IMG/VR virus record: IMGVR_UViG_3300017730_000010 | Span: 1-55,721 of that record | Reading direction: 5' to 3' (one strand) | DNA length: 55,721 bases | Origin: a virus | Lineage: Duplodnaviria; Caudoviricetes | Shown here: one piece after another, positions 15,928 through 26,122 of the stretch | Numbering within the stretch: the stretch's first letter is position 1 | How the letters are laid out: each line of letters opens with the position of its first letter | The notes under the pieces: model-generated | Seen by the model: only the letters and a program-made list of their open reading frames with translations | The model's database searches: none | Told to the model about the DNA's origin: nothing | Translations under genes and position numbers: made by a program

Positions 15928-16743
15928 ATGCGCAAATATATTATTGATTTATCAGATAAAATAAAATCTCATGAGCTTTTTTGCGATTGCGAAGAAGACG
16001 GAGTAGAAAACATTTCAAATGAGTCCTGGGCTGCAGAAAAAAACAAAGGAAAGAAATTAAACAAACCCTTTAGAACGTCGGGTGGCCCGAAGAAATTTTC
16101 GGTTTACGTTAAAAACGACAAAGGTAATGTCGTAAAGGTAAATTTCGGCGACCCTAACATGTCGATTAAACGAGATAGTCCAGCAAGAAGAAAATCTTTC
16201 AGAGCTAGACATAATTGCGATAATCCTGGGCCAAAAACAAAAGCTAGATATTGGTCTTGTAGACAGTGGAGAGCTGGCTCTAAAGTCGAGGGTTCTGATG
16301 TAGAATTTTCCGAACAAGAAATTGAAGATATTATATTGGATGAACTTGACGAGTCTGAAGCTAAAGGTAAGGGTTTATGGCACAACATTAGAGAAAAGAA
16401 AAAAAGAATGGGTAAAAATTACCGTCCAGCAAAACCAGGAAGTAAAGACTACCCAGATGAAAAATCTTTAAAGAAAGCTCAAAAACCCTCCAAAGAAAAA
16501 AAGGAATCAAAAGGAGAGTTAACCAAAGAACAAAAAAGTTTACCTCCAGCCTTACAAAAAAAGATTTTAGAAAAGAAGGGTAAATCCCCAAAAAAAGAAA
16601 ATAAAGATAAAAAAGAATCTAAGGCGGAATATCAACCGCACATGATGTATGATCTTAAAACTGGCAAGGGTTATATGGCTAAAAAAGAAGAAGATCACCT
16701 CAGAATGAAAAAGATGGGTTATTCTCACGAAAAGCCTAAATAA
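15928..16743 (+). CDS. basic multi-module protein, probably head-associated
   Basis: modules RRKSFRARHNC..KARYWSC, GLWHNI..., PHMMYD..TGKG recalled from phage proteins; lies between portal and protease. Confidence 0.65.
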   Translation: MRKYIIDLSDKIKSHELFCDCEEDGVENISNESWAAEKNKGKKLNKPFRTSGGPKKFSVYVKNDKGNVVKVNFGDPNMSIKRDSPARRKSFRARHNCDNPGPKTKARYWSCRQWRAGSKVEGSDVEFSEQEIEDIILDELDESEAKGKGLWHNIREKKKRMGKNYRPAKPGSKDYPDEKSLKKAQKPSKEKKESKGELTKEQKSLPPALQKKILEKKGKSPKKENKDKKESKAEYQPHMMYDLKTGKGYMAKKEEDHLRMKKMGYSHEKPK

Positions 16744-16768
16744 ATTATTAGTGTATATTATATAACAC

Positions 16769-18397
16769 ATGAAATTTAAATATAAAACTAAATTTTTGAA
16801 TGAAGTACAAGCTTCTGCAGAAAATGTAAAAGATGGAAAGTTTGTATCCCAAGCTTCATTGGAACAATTAAAGTCTTTAGTTCCAGAAGATATTGATTTC
16901 GAAAAAAATATTGATTTGATTGGTGTAGCTTTTAATGCAGCAGTAATTAATCAATTCAATAAAAATCATGATGGTATAGACACAAAAACTGCGCTAGCTA
17001 TTAAAGATTATTTTATTCACAAGCCCACTAATATAGAACATAATAAAAAGAAAATTGTAGGGCATATTGTATCATCTGGATTTTCTAGAATGTATAATGA
17101 TGAATTAATAAGTTCTGTCGGCGAAGAAATAAATCAACCTTTTAATTTGGCTCTTGGAGCTGTAGTTTATTCTGCAGCTAATAAAGAATTTGCCGAAATG
17201 GTTTTAAGATCAGTTGATCCAGAAGATGAAATGCATCAAGTGGTATCTGCGAGTTGGGAATTAGGATTTAATGAATATGTAATTGCAGCTGGAAGCAGAA
17301 GCTTGGATGAAGCGGAAATTATTTCAGACCCTAAGCATGTAGAAGAATTATCTCAGTATTTAAAAGCTTTCGACGGAGAAGGTAAATTAAATGACGGTAC
17401 TGAAGTATATAGATTGGTGGTTGGAGATGTCTATCCATTAGGCATAGGCTTTACTGCAAATCCTGCGGCTGACGTAAAAGGAATATACGTATTTGACGAT
17501 AAAAAAAAAGAAGAATCTGAGGACGATTCTTTGAACGCTGAAGAAAAAATACAAGTCAATAATAAAATTTATTTTTCGAAAAATGAAAAAAATATTTCAC
17601 AAAATGGAATTTTAACTGTAAATGAATCTATAAACAATATTTCTATTATGGAAAAACAAGAACTACTAGAAGACTTTAAAGCTATCCTTGAAGAAAAAAT
17701 GCCTGGTCATGATTTCTCTCAAGAGACTGTAGCTAATGTTGGTCGTGTTATTGGAGATGCTATCAAATCCAAAAACGAACAATATGAAAAAGAACTTCTT
17801 GCTCTTGAGGAAGAGCGTCAAAAATTCGCAGAAGCTGAAGAAGGTATTAAGGCTGATCTTGAAGATCTTAAGTCTAAGCTTGAAGCTGCTGAGGGTCAAG
17901 TCGCCACTCTGAGTGAGGAAATCGATTCTCGCAAAAGCGAAGACGCTTTTAACGCTCGCATGGAAGATGTTGATGCGACTTATGATCTTTCAGAAGAAGA
18001 TCGCAAGGTTTTAGCCTCCGAAGTTGAAGCTATTAATCTTGACGAAGCTTCCTTTGAGGAGTATAAGTCAAAACTTTCCGTTATGTGGGCTCATAAAAGT
18101 AAGGAATACTTAGCCGAACAAGAAAAAGCTTTTGAAGAAAAGCTTGAGGCTGAACTCCAAAAACGCTTGCAAGGCATGGAAACATCTGAAGCTTCTGACG
18201 CTTCCGACACTTCCGAAGAAACTGAGACTGAAGAATCCGAAGCTTCTGAAGAAGTTGAAGAGGTTCTCGAAAACGCTGAAACTGAAGAAGAAGAAGTTAT
18301 TGCTAATAATAACACAACTTCCGCAGTTGAAGAAGTTTCTTTAAGAGAAAAATTCGCAGAAGCTTTTGCGAAAGAAAATATTTCAATTAAATTCTAA
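16769..18397 (+). CDS. prohead protease fused to acidic coiled-coil scaffold
   Basis: NKNHD, NIEH (His), SASWE (Ser), GIGFTANPAA; long E-rich C-terminus; upstream of capsid genes. Confidence 0.8.
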   Translation: MKFKYKTKFLNEVQASAENVKDGKFVSQASLEQLKSLVPEDIDFEKNIDLIGVAFNAAVINQFNKNHDGIDTKTALAIKDYFIHKPTNIEHNKKKIVGHIVSSGFSRMYNDELISSVGEEINQPFNLALGAVVYSAANKEFAEMVLRSVDPEDEMHQVVSASWELGFNEYVIAAGSRSLDEAEIISDPKHVEELSQYLKAFDGEGKLNDGTEVYRLVVGDVYPLGIGFTANPAADVKGIYVFDDKKKEESEDDSLNAEEKIQVNNKIYFSKNEKNISQNGILTVNESINNISIMEKQELLEDFKAILEEKMPGHDFSQETVANVGRVIGDAIKSKNEQYEKELLALEEERQKFAEAEEGIKADLEDLKSKLEAAEGQVATLSEEIDSRKSEDAFNARMEDVDATYDLSEEDRKVLASEVEAINLDEASFEEYKSKLSVMWAHKSKEYLAEQEKAFEEKLEAELQKRLQGMETSEASDASDTSEETETEESEASEEVEEVLENAETEEEEVIANNNTTSAVEEVSLREKFAEAFAKENISIKF

Positions 18398-18411
18398 AAC
18401 TAAAAACTAAA

Positions 18412-19122
18412 ATGCATAAACTATTACCATTTAGACAGTATGATGAAAAGGATGTTATCAACCTTTTCAAGCTGGATCTTAGCGGAGCTACTTTAACATC
18501 GTTAAAGCCTGGCGACGAAACTGGATTCACTAAAAAGAACTGGAGTGGAACAGGTGTTGACGTAAAATCGTCCAACGACTGGTACGCTACTGACCCTGCT
18601 GGCTTGCATACCTCTAGTCACACTGCTCAATCGTACCTCGGTGCGATTGGAAGCGCTGACCAAGGTAATGCTTCCAAGTTCGGTAGCTTTTATCCCGAAG
18701 CTCCTATGGCTTTAGAAGCCTCAACTGCTTCAAGTGGATTCCTCGGAATTACACTTAGATCAACCCTCGCTTATGATGAGAATGACGAAAAACTCTCGAG
18801 CTACCCCGTAAAGAAAGACGAGCTTCAAGCTGTACTTCCTGGCGAGGCTGTTCCTGTTGTTACTCGTGGATTCTTCACCTTAACTGGTGACGCTGTTACA
18901 GGTGCTGCTGTTGGAAATATCTTAACGCTTGGCGCTAACGGTACATTCCTTACTCCTGCAAATGAAACTATTACAGTTGATACTTCAGGCCGTAGTGCAG
19001 CTACTGACGCAATTTCCGCATCTTCCAGCTTTGGTGTTGGTCGCGTACTTGCTGTTGGAGCCGCTGGCACAACTAAACCTGCTGCTATCTTTGTCCAACT
19101 TCTTGGATCCGCAGCTCAGTAA
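18412..19122 (+). CDS. capsid decoration/cement protein
   Basis: between scaffold and major capsid; small-residue beta-rich, AVPVVTRG motif. Confidence 0.65.
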   Translation: MHKLLPFRQYDEKDVINLFKLDLSGATLTSLKPGDETGFTKKNWSGTGVDVKSSNDWYATDPAGLHTSSHTAQSYLGAIGSADQGNASKFGSFYPEAPMALEASTASSGFLGITLRSTLAYDENDEKLSSYPVKKDELQAVLPGEAVPVVTRGFFTLTGDAVTGAAVGNILTLGANGTFLTPANETITVDTSGRSAATDAISASSSFGVGRVLAVGAAGTTKPAAIFVQLLGSAAQ

Positions 19123-19145
19123 CCATAGAAAGGTAAATTTATAAA

Positions 19146-20333
19146 ATGAATATTACACTAAAACGAACCGAAGAACAAGTCGAGCTTATTAAAGCTATGG
19201 CTTCGAAAAATCGTAATGTTGCCTATGAGGCTCAAGCAGCTGCTGCTGAGTTTGTTGGTCCCGTTCTTTCTGAAGTAATGAATAATGCTCCTACATTGAG
19301 CAATATGTTCACTTCCTTCCAGTTTAACGATGATGATAATCCCTCGATTCCGTTGGATTTGTATCACGACATTTCGGATGAGGATTACCTCGAAGTATAC
19401 AGTCAGTCAGTTCCTGGCGGATTGCCTTCGAACACAATCACACCTTTGCATAGCGAACTGAAATTTGCTACTTATCGCATGGAAACAGCTGTTGACTTTG
19501 ATCGTCGATATGCTGCTCGTTCCAGACTCGATGTAGTTAGCAAAACTTTTAGCCGCATTGCACAAGAGTTGCTTCAAAAGCAAGAATACACCTCTGCAAA
19601 TCTTTTGCTTGGCGTTCTTGCTAATGCCACAACTAACGGCGACGCTCATGTAGTTGCTTCTGCATCTGCTAATCAGTTCCTTATTGCTGACGTTAACACT
19701 CTTATCACTGCTGCTAAGAGGTTGAACACAGCTTGGAATGGTGGAACACCGATCACTGGAACTCGTGGAGTTTCTGATCTTCTTGTTTCTCCTGAGATTA
19801 TGGGCGAAGTTCGCGCAATGGCTTATAACCCCATTAATACTCGTGGTCTTAGTAGTACCCTTACTGGTACTGCTACAGCTGACGGAGATGCAGCTACGGA
19901 TGATACCGTATCTGTTAACAGTACAGGTGGAGGAGTTATTCCCGCGACTGAGCAAATGCGTAACGCATTGTATGCTAACGCTGGAGCTTCCGAGCTTTAT
20001 GGTATCGCTCTTACTGAGATCAATGAACTTGGTGTTGGTCAGCGCTTCAACGACGTATTTAAGTCGATGGTTGCTGGCGGAGGTAAAGCAGGTGATGTCG
20101 GACACAGTAGCGGAAACTTCGATACTTCTGGTGATGAAATCATCATTGGTCTTGATCGTGGACGCGAGTCGCTCATGAGAGCTATCGCTGTTGATTCTGA
20201 GACAGGAGCCGAGTTGAATCTTGTAGCCGACGACCAGTATACTGCTCGTCAAAGCAAGATCGGATACTTCGGATCCATCGAAGAAGGACGCATGGTCCTC
20301 GACAAGCGCGCTGTTACAGGAATTGTGGTATAA
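19146..20333 (+). CDS. major capsid protein
   Basis: size, position, strong codon bias, HK97-like C-terminus, followed by terminator. Confidence 0.85.
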   Translation: MNITLKRTEEQVELIKAMASKNRNVAYEAQAAAAEFVGPVLSEVMNNAPTLSNMFTSFQFNDDDNPSIPLDLYHDISDEDYLEVYSQSVPGGLPSNTITPLHSELKFATYRMETAVDFDRRYAARSRLDVVSKTFSRIAQELLQKQEYTSANLLLGVLANATTNGDAHVVASASANQFLIADVNTLITAAKRLNTAWNGGTPITGTRGVSDLLVSPEIMGEVRAMAYNPINTRGLSSTLTGTATADGDAATDDTVSVNSTGGGVIPATEQMRNALYANAGASELYGIALTEINELGVGQRFNDVFKSMVAGGGKAGDVGHSSGNFDTSGDEIIIGLDRGRESLMRAIAVDSETGAELNLVADDQYTARQSKIGYFGSIEEGRMVLDKRAVTGIVV

Positions 20334-20360
20334 GGTAACTTATCCATATATATTGAGTTT

Positions 20361-20390
20361 AAAAAAATCCACCTACGGGTGGATTTTTTT
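20361..20390 (+). terminator. intrinsic (likely bidirectional) terminator
   Basis: AAAAAAATCCACC-TACG-GGTGGATTTTTTT, cUACGg tetraloop. Confidence 0.9.
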
Positions 20391-20438
20391 ATTCCCAGAT
20401 TTAGTATATAAGTGTAAGATTTTAATAGTACATAAGTT

Positions 20439-20882
20439 ATGAAACCAAAGAAAAATTCAACGAAATCTGTTAAGGCTAAGCCTACTACAAGAAAAAGAAA
20501 AGCGGTTGCTAAAGCTCCCAGCAAAGAGAAAAAACTTTCATACATAGACGGTAAGACAGCTGAAGCTGTTGAAGATAAAGAAAGATTAAGGGATCTTGAA
20601 AAGTTGTTGAATCCATCTTCATTGCATAATCCATTTAAGGTTACTAATGCAGAAGACTTGGATAAAAAATTAGGCGATATGAGTTTGCCAGAACTACAGT
20701 CCTTATCTGTTGAGGTTGGAGTTTTTCCTTCTGGAAGCAAAGCTACGCTCAAAAATAAATTGAAAAAAGAATTTAAAAATAGATTTTTCCTCGGAAAAGG
20801 AAAAGTTCTTTCAACAACAAATCCCGTAGCAGATTACTCGTCTATGACAGAAGAGCAAAAACGCCTCTTCTCAACCGAGTGA
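20439..20882 (+). CDS. hypothetical basic protein
   Basis: ORF in head-neck module. Confidence 0.7.
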   Translation: MKPKKNSTKSVKAKPTTRKRKAVAKAPSKEKKLSYIDGKTAEAVEDKERLRDLEKLLNPSSLHNPFKVTNAEDLDKKLGDMSLPELQSLSVEVGVFPSGSKATLKNKLKKEFKNRFFLGKGKVLSTTNPVADYSSMTEEQKRLFSTE

Positions 20883-20885
20883 TAA

Positions 20886-21542
20886 ATGGGACAAATAGAT
20901 TCTATAGCTGAAAGTATATTTAACACTGAGTTCTATGAAGAAGTTGGGACTCCTGAATATATACAACAAAGGAAAGTACAAATATCAGCTTGGCTGGAAA
21001 CAAATATTGGTCAATTAAATATATTAATCAATGAAGGCTTTAGGGTTGACGAAAATAATGATGCGTGTCCAGTTCTTAAAAATGAAGAAATCGCAATTTT
21101 TATTCAGCTCTATTTAAAATATTATTACAAAAGGCAAAGCCAGTCAATACTAAAGAATCTAACTACCACTACAACTTCTGGAGGGGAATCCTCTTCGTCT
21201 ATGTCAGAGTGGACTCAATTAAGAGAAGGAGATTCTTCAATTACTAGAGTTGCACAAAACGCTTCTCCACAACAGAAAGTTCAAGTCGCTCAAACTTATA
21301 AAACATTTGCTGAAGAAGCTGATATAAAATTAAGCGAATTGGTTCATTCTTATAATATGTACAAGTCTTCGCCGAGACAAGTTGCTGGAAACGAAGCTTC
21401 TTCTGAGGATTGTACGCCAGAAGCCTCTGGGTGCGATACAGAAAGTGTTCAAACTGAATCGCAAGTACAACCTCAAGTTACGAGTCAAGAAGAAGGGCAG
21501 AGTCAAAGTCAAGATATCACATTCTTTTCCCAGGATGAATAA
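20886..21542 (+). CDS. putative head-tail adaptor
   Basis: synteny; helical with LREGDSSITR beta-hairpin. Confidence 0.5.
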   Translation: MGQIDSIAESIFNTEFYEEVGTPEYIQQRKVQISAWLETNIGQLNILINEGFRVDENNDACPVLKNEEIAIFIQLYLKYYYKRQSQSILKNLTTTTTSGGESSSSMSEWTQLREGDSSITRVAQNASPQQKVQVAQTYKTFAEEADIKLSELVHSYNMYKSSPRQVAGNEASSEDCTPEASGCDTESVQTESQVQPQVTSQEEGQSQSQDITFFSQDE

Positions 21543-21544
21543 TT

Positions 21545-21985
21545 ATGACCGACCTAATATCAAGCTCAGATAAGGAGGCTTATGAGTCTGTATTCAATGA
21601 TATACATGATACTTTTTCAAGGGAGATAACAATATTCAAAAAAGCTCAGAAAGTATTTATATCTACAGATAATACATATAACGCTCTCTACTCTAGAGTT
21701 AAGAACCAAAAGGGTGGAGATAAAGTAGTTGAAGAAATAAAAATTAAAGCTAGAATACTTTACTCTTCTAGCACTTCAAGAGAAAACTCAGAAAATGAAA
21801 TACTTGGAGTTGATGTTCCTGATGATCATATAAGAATAAAAGTTAATGAAGAAGGTTATAATTTTATTAGACAAGCATCTGACGTTGAAATAGATGGAGA
21901 ATTATTCGAAATAGTTTCAGACGCTTCTAAAGCTGGATTATTTTCTGTTAAATATTATAATATATTACTTAAAAGAAGGGGTTAA
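21545..21985 (+). CDS. putative head closure/stopper protein
   Basis: synteny; beta-rich, VEIDGELFEIV. Confidence 0.5.
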   Translation: MTDLISSSDKEAYESVFNDIHDTFSREITIFKKAQKVFISTDNTYNALYSRVKNQKGGDKVVEEIKIKARILYSSSTSRENSENEILGVDVPDDHIRIKVNEEGYNFIRQASDVEIDGELFEIVSDASKAGLFSVKYYNILLKRRG

Positions 21986-21987
21986 TA

Positions 21988-22584
21988 ATGAAGATTAGGA
22001 TTAATAACAACGCTCTTAAGAAAATAGAAAACTCTCAAGTAGCTCCTATCGTTCATGCTGAAGCTAGAAGAAGAATAGAAAAATCTTTAAGAGAGGCTCA
22101 GAGAGAAATGTTGCAACAATTTGAAAGTCATCCTGTAACTCAAGAAATTGACATGGGTCCAGATGGATACAATTCCAGTGGGACTCTTGGCGGGTACGGA
22201 AATTTATATTCGTTTATTGGGTTTGAAGAAGGTATGGACCCCATAGCTCCAATAAGAATGTTATTAAAAAAAGCTTTAAAAATTAAAAATTCTCCAAATA
22301 GTCATAAGTCTATGATAACAAATTTTATAATAGAACTTCCATCAAAAGAAGAAATTTTTTCAGCGACTCCAAACCCTTGGGCTTCAGGAAGAAGTTGGGC
22401 AGAAGGAATAGAAAAAGGTATATCTGGATTAGGTCAATATTTAAATACCCAATCTTTCTCTAGTAGATCTGGGGAAGGTATTCAGGCGGATAAAAAAATA
22501 AGAGGGGGAGGTTTTTCTAACACAAAATATTTAAGTCAAATACTAAATGACTTAAAAAGAAATATACTTAGTAAAGTAAAATGA
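21988..22584 (+). CDS. putative neck/tail completion protein
   Basis: synteny; WAEGIEKG resembles the YA..(V/I)E.G pattern of HK97 gp10-like proteins. Confidence 0.45.
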   Translation: MKIRINNNALKKIENSQVAPIVHAEARRRIEKSLREAQREMLQQFESHPVTQEIDMGPDGYNSSGTLGGYGNLYSFIGFEEGMDPIAPIRMLLKKALKIKNSPNSHKSMITNFIIELPSKEEIFSATPNPWASGRSWAEGIEKGISGLGQYLNTQSFSSRSGEGIQADKKIRGGGFSNTKYLSQILNDLKRNILSKVK

Positions 22585-23456
22585 AAATAGGATTTGATCA
22601 TGAATTGTTATCTAGTTTCTATCTCTGGTTTGATGATAGGTTGAATTATTTTGCAGAAGCTTATAAAGATCCTATTGAGCACACATTTCAACAAGTTGAC
22701 TCTATAGATATACCTTCAAACTATTTAGCTTATTATAGCCCTTATAGACAATTTGTATGGGCTTCTGATAAAGTATCTGTACCAAGTCAAGTAACTATAG
22801 ATGGAAATGTAGTGCAAGATCGAAACGGAATATATATAGATTATAATCAAGGAAGAGTGTTAGTTGATACAGGTGTATTTGGGAATAATAAAAATTTAGA
22901 TATTAAAGGTACTTTTGCATATAAAACAATTAATACTTATATAACAGACGAAACAGAAGAAGCTGTTATTGTAAATAGTGATTTTATTATATCTCCTCTT
23001 AACCAAACATATTTACAACAAAATGGAGGATTTAATGATAAAATATATACTATTCCCGCAGTATTTTTAACTTTAGCAAATTCTGAAAATCATCCTTTTG
23101 CTTTTGGAGGTTTAGATCGTACTGAATTAAATCTTCGAGCAGTTGTAGTTGCAGACTCAAATTATACGCTAGATGGCGTACTTTCTTTATTTAGAGATTC
23201 GGCTAGAACATGTTTTAGTTTAATTAATTTTGAAGATTTTCCATTTGGCGAGTTCTCACACATAAAGAATCCTCCGTACAAATATTCCGATTTAATTGCT
23301 TCTTCTAATAAAAAACCTTTTATTGAAAACGTTAGAGCTTCCAAATTAACAGACCGATCCAGAGAGAGAATTACCTCTTCAAAGGACTATAAAATAGGAT
23401 TTTTAGATTTTGAATTATCTAAGGTGAGAAATCCTAGAGAAAGTTTTTCTAGATAA
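22581..23456 (+). CDS. putative tail terminator
   Basis: immediately upstream of tail tube; PAVFL and FAFGG motifs. Confidence 0.45.
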   Translation: MKIGFDHELLSSFYLWFDDRLNYFAEAYKDPIEHTFQQVDSIDIPSNYLAYYSPYRQFVWASDKVSVPSQVTIDGNVVQDRNGIYIDYNQGRVLVDTGVFGNNKNLDIKGTFAYKTINTYITDETEEAVIVNSDFIISPLNQTYLQQNGGFNDKIYTIPAVFLTLANSENHPFAFGGLDRTELNLRAVVVADSNYTLDGVLSLFRDSARTCFSLINFEDFPFGEFSHIKNPPYKYSDLIASSNKKPFIENVRASKLTDRSRERITSSKDYKIGFLDFELSKVRNPRESFSR

Positions 23457-23522
23457 AATTTCACATTTAACAATTTTTACTGTAATATAAAATACAAATC
23501 AACCTTTTAATATATAAACATT

Positions 23523-24824
23523 ATGGCAACTGATAGAATTATTTACCAAAGTGAATCGCTATTCGTTAGTAAAATCGATGGAACTGGATCTGTTACTGTA
23601 GCTAACAGTACAGACAAAGACATCGATGTAGACGACATTAGCGAAATCAATCGTGTTCAGGACATGAGTTACAACATGGAAGTAACTCGTACTGATATCA
23701 ATGAGTTTGGTCAACTTGCTGCTCTTTCGAGAGAAGTAACTGAACCCCCCACAGTATCAATAGACTTTTCATACTACCTCACCAACGGTACACAAGAAGA
23801 AAATTTAGGATTCAAACTTAATAAGGGAGATGTTTTTCCTGAGACAAGTCCTACTTCTTTCACTTCTGATTTACTTACTGGAACAAGTGGTAAAGATGAA
23901 TTGAATTACTACATCGTTACTTCTCCAGAAGGTGAAGATGTTCATGGTCAAGGAGTCTCTCCTGATACTAATGGAATTAATCATACTGATCACGGATGCA
24001 TCGGTATCGGAAACGGATTCATTACAAGTTACGGAATTACCGCAGCTGTTGGTGAACTTGCTACTGCAAGTGTTTCTGTAGAAGCTTCTAACATTCTTTT
24101 TAAGAATGATTTGAGTAGTGGCATGAATAACCCTGCTATCGATATTGATTCCACAACTGGAGCAAAGATTGCTAGTAAGGTAAACTGGGCAAGCGTTCAA
24201 TCTTCTGACGGAGATCATAAGGATAATGGCGGTCAAGAACTTTTCGCTATTCGCCCTGGTGATATTACAGTTGACTTTGATGCAGCTGGATATATTGGTT
24301 CCACACAAGCTGGATCCCTTCAAACTGGTGGTGCTGTTCTTCCTGGTGCAGGAAACAGCGCTCCTACAACAAAGAGTGCTATTCACTTGCAAAACGTATC
24401 AATTGATCTACCTGTTGGTCGTAGTCCTCTTACAAGACTTGGAAATCACTATCCTTTCGCTCGTAAGGTTGACTTCCCAGTAAACATGACATTGTCCGCT
24501 TCCGCTCTTATGACGGATATTGATGATGGTTCTCTTGACGCACTTATTTGTGGTGGTGAAACTCCTCGTGATATCGCTATTACTCTTAATACTCGTTGCG
24601 GAAACACAACTGCAATGGTTTTTGTAATGCGTAATGCTATTCTTGATACTCAATCATTCTCCGCTTCGATTGGTGATAACAAAACCGTTGATCTTACATT
24701 CAGCAGCCAAATTGGTGGTGCTAATGATTCTGACAATGGAGTATTCTGTTTCGCTAAGCCATTCAACAGCGCAGCAGCTTATGGAGCTGGCACAGCTACT
24801 AATGCTATCACTCCTACTCCCTAA
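23523..24824 (+). CDS. major tail (tube) protein
   Basis: RVQDMSY...RTDINEFG, strong codon bias, own terminator, upstream of chaperones and tape measure. Confidence 0.75.
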   Translation: MATDRIIYQSESLFVSKIDGTGSVTVANSTDKDIDVDDISEINRVQDMSYNMEVTRTDINEFGQLAALSREVTEPPTVSIDFSYYLTNGTQEENLGFKLNKGDVFPETSPTSFTSDLLTGTSGKDELNYYIVTSPEGEDVHGQGVSPDTNGINHTDHGCIGIGNGFITSYGITAAVGELATASVSVEASNILFKNDLSSGMNNPAIDIDSTTGAKIASKVNWASVQSSDGDHKDNGGQELFAIRPGDITVDFDAAGYIGSTQAGSLQTGGAVLPGAGNSAPTTKSAIHLQNVSIDLPVGRSPLTRLGNHYPFARKVDFPVNMTLSASALMTDIDDGSLDALICGGETPRDIAITLNTRCGNTTAMVFVMRNAILDTQSFSASIGDNKTVDLTFSSQIGGANDSDNGVFCFAKPFNSAAAYGAGTATNAITPTP

Positions 24825-24844
24825 GAGTTAAAGGTAAACAACTT

Positions 24845-24877
24845 AAAAACCCCAGGTTTCACATCTGGGGTTTTTTT
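24845..24877 (+). terminator. intrinsic terminator
   Basis: AAAAACCCCAG-loop-CTGGGGTTTTTTT. Confidence 0.85.
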
Positions 24878-24909
24878 GTGTATTTACACATAAGGTAAAA
24901 GGTAAAATA

Positions 24910-25194
24910 ATGAAATCAGAAAGAGAATTACTTGAGTTTCAAGTTCTTCGCTCTATCACTAATCTATATAAGTCGTTTTTGACTTTAGTAGAAGATTTGA
25001 GCGAAGATCACAAAGAACAGTTTGAAAGACTGAAAGAGGCTCTCCCAGAGAGTGAAGATATAATAAGACAGGCTGAATACCTCGATGAAGGTCAGCTTAA
25101 TTATTTAAGAAAAAAAATACTTGATTCTGGCAACGATGTTAGAAGAGAACTTTTCGCATGTATGGAAAATTTTGAAATCAAGTTTAAAAAATAA
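24910..25194 (+). CDS. hypothetical helical protein
   Basis: ORF with AAGGTA RBS-like motif. Confidence 0.7.
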   Translation: MKSERELLEFQVLRSITNLYKSFLTLVEDLSEDHKEQFERLKEALPESEDIIRQAEYLDEGQLNYLRKKILDSGNDVRRELFACMENFEIKFKK

Positions 25195-25240
25195 ATTTAT
25201 TTATTATAATATATAATATAAACCAAGGTATAAGGTAACT

Positions 25241-26122
25241 ATGAAAATTGACGAGAAAAAAATATTGTATTCTTTCGAGGTAAATGTCGAGAAAGAAGTT
25301 GAAGAAACAGTCGAGAAAAAGAAAAAACGCAAGAATAAAGAGACTGGTAAAATGGATGTTATTACAACTAAAGAAACAACTATGGTAAAAAAAGATGTTC
25401 CTTTTAATATTGTAATCAAGAAACCTACTAGAACACAACTTGAGGACGGAGACATGTTTTATAGCTTAGAGTTGAATAAGTTTATTAAAATGGGTCTTTT
25501 AACTAAAGCTATGCTTGCTAAGCAGTATGGAACTCAGGGTGGAGTTTGGACAGAGAAAGAACAAAAGCTTTACGCTGAATTGATATACAAAATGCATCAG
25601 AAGCAATTGGAGATCCAGCAGTTCTCTATTCTTGGCGAAAATGGAAAGCTATCTGATAGACAGAAGTTGAAACTTGATATTGCTATGAGAGAAATGGCTG
25701 AATTGAAAAAAGAATTAACTGAATACGAAATGGTTCAAAATTCCTTGTTTGATCACACCGCAGATATTAAGGCTAGAAACAGAACTATTATGTGGTATAT
25801 TCTGCATCTAACTCATTTTGCCGAAGGTGAAGATGAAGATGCAATATTAGAAGAGATGTTTGAAGGTGATGATTTTGAAGACAGGTTCTCTCTATACGAA
25901 GATAAAGAAGAGGGTGGAGATGAAGTATATGAAAGAGCTATTGACAAAATTTCTTCTATAGTGACTATTTGGTACATCAGCGGAAATCAAGAAAAAGAAA
26001 GTCTAGAAGAGTTTATGGAACAAATGAAAAAAGACTCTGAAGATTTAGAAAACGATCTTGAGGAAGATTTAGAGGAAGATTTAGAGGAAGAGTCTGAAGA
26101 GGCTGAAACTCAAAATGCCTGA
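25241..26122 (+). CDS. putative tail assembly chaperone
   Basis: between tail tube and tape measure; acidic and helical. Confidence 0.5.
   Translation: MKIDEKKILYSFEVNVEKEVEETVEKKKKRKNKETGKMDVITTKETTMVKKDVPFNIVIKKPTRTQLEDGDMFYSLELNKFIKMGLLTKAMLAKQYGTQGGVWTEKEQKLYAELIYKMHQKQLEIQQFSILGENGKLSDRQKLKLDIAMREMAELKKELTEYEMVQNSLFDHTADIKARNRTIMWYILHLTHFAEGEDEDAILEEMFEGDDFEDRFSLYEDKEEGGDEVYERAIDKISSIVTIWYISGNQEKESLEEFMEQMKKDSEDLENDLEEDLEEDLEEESEEAETQNA

Noticed and set aside
19407-20252. 281-aa antisense ORF and other minus-strand ORFs over capsid, tail and tape measure genes
   Set aside because: Shadow frames produced by codon bias of the real genes; no start signals or protein-like motifs.
26020-26122. 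Programmed -1 frameshift between tail chaperones
   Set aside because: The downstream ORF is in the +1 frame and has its own ATG; no in-frame XXXYYYZ heptamer found.
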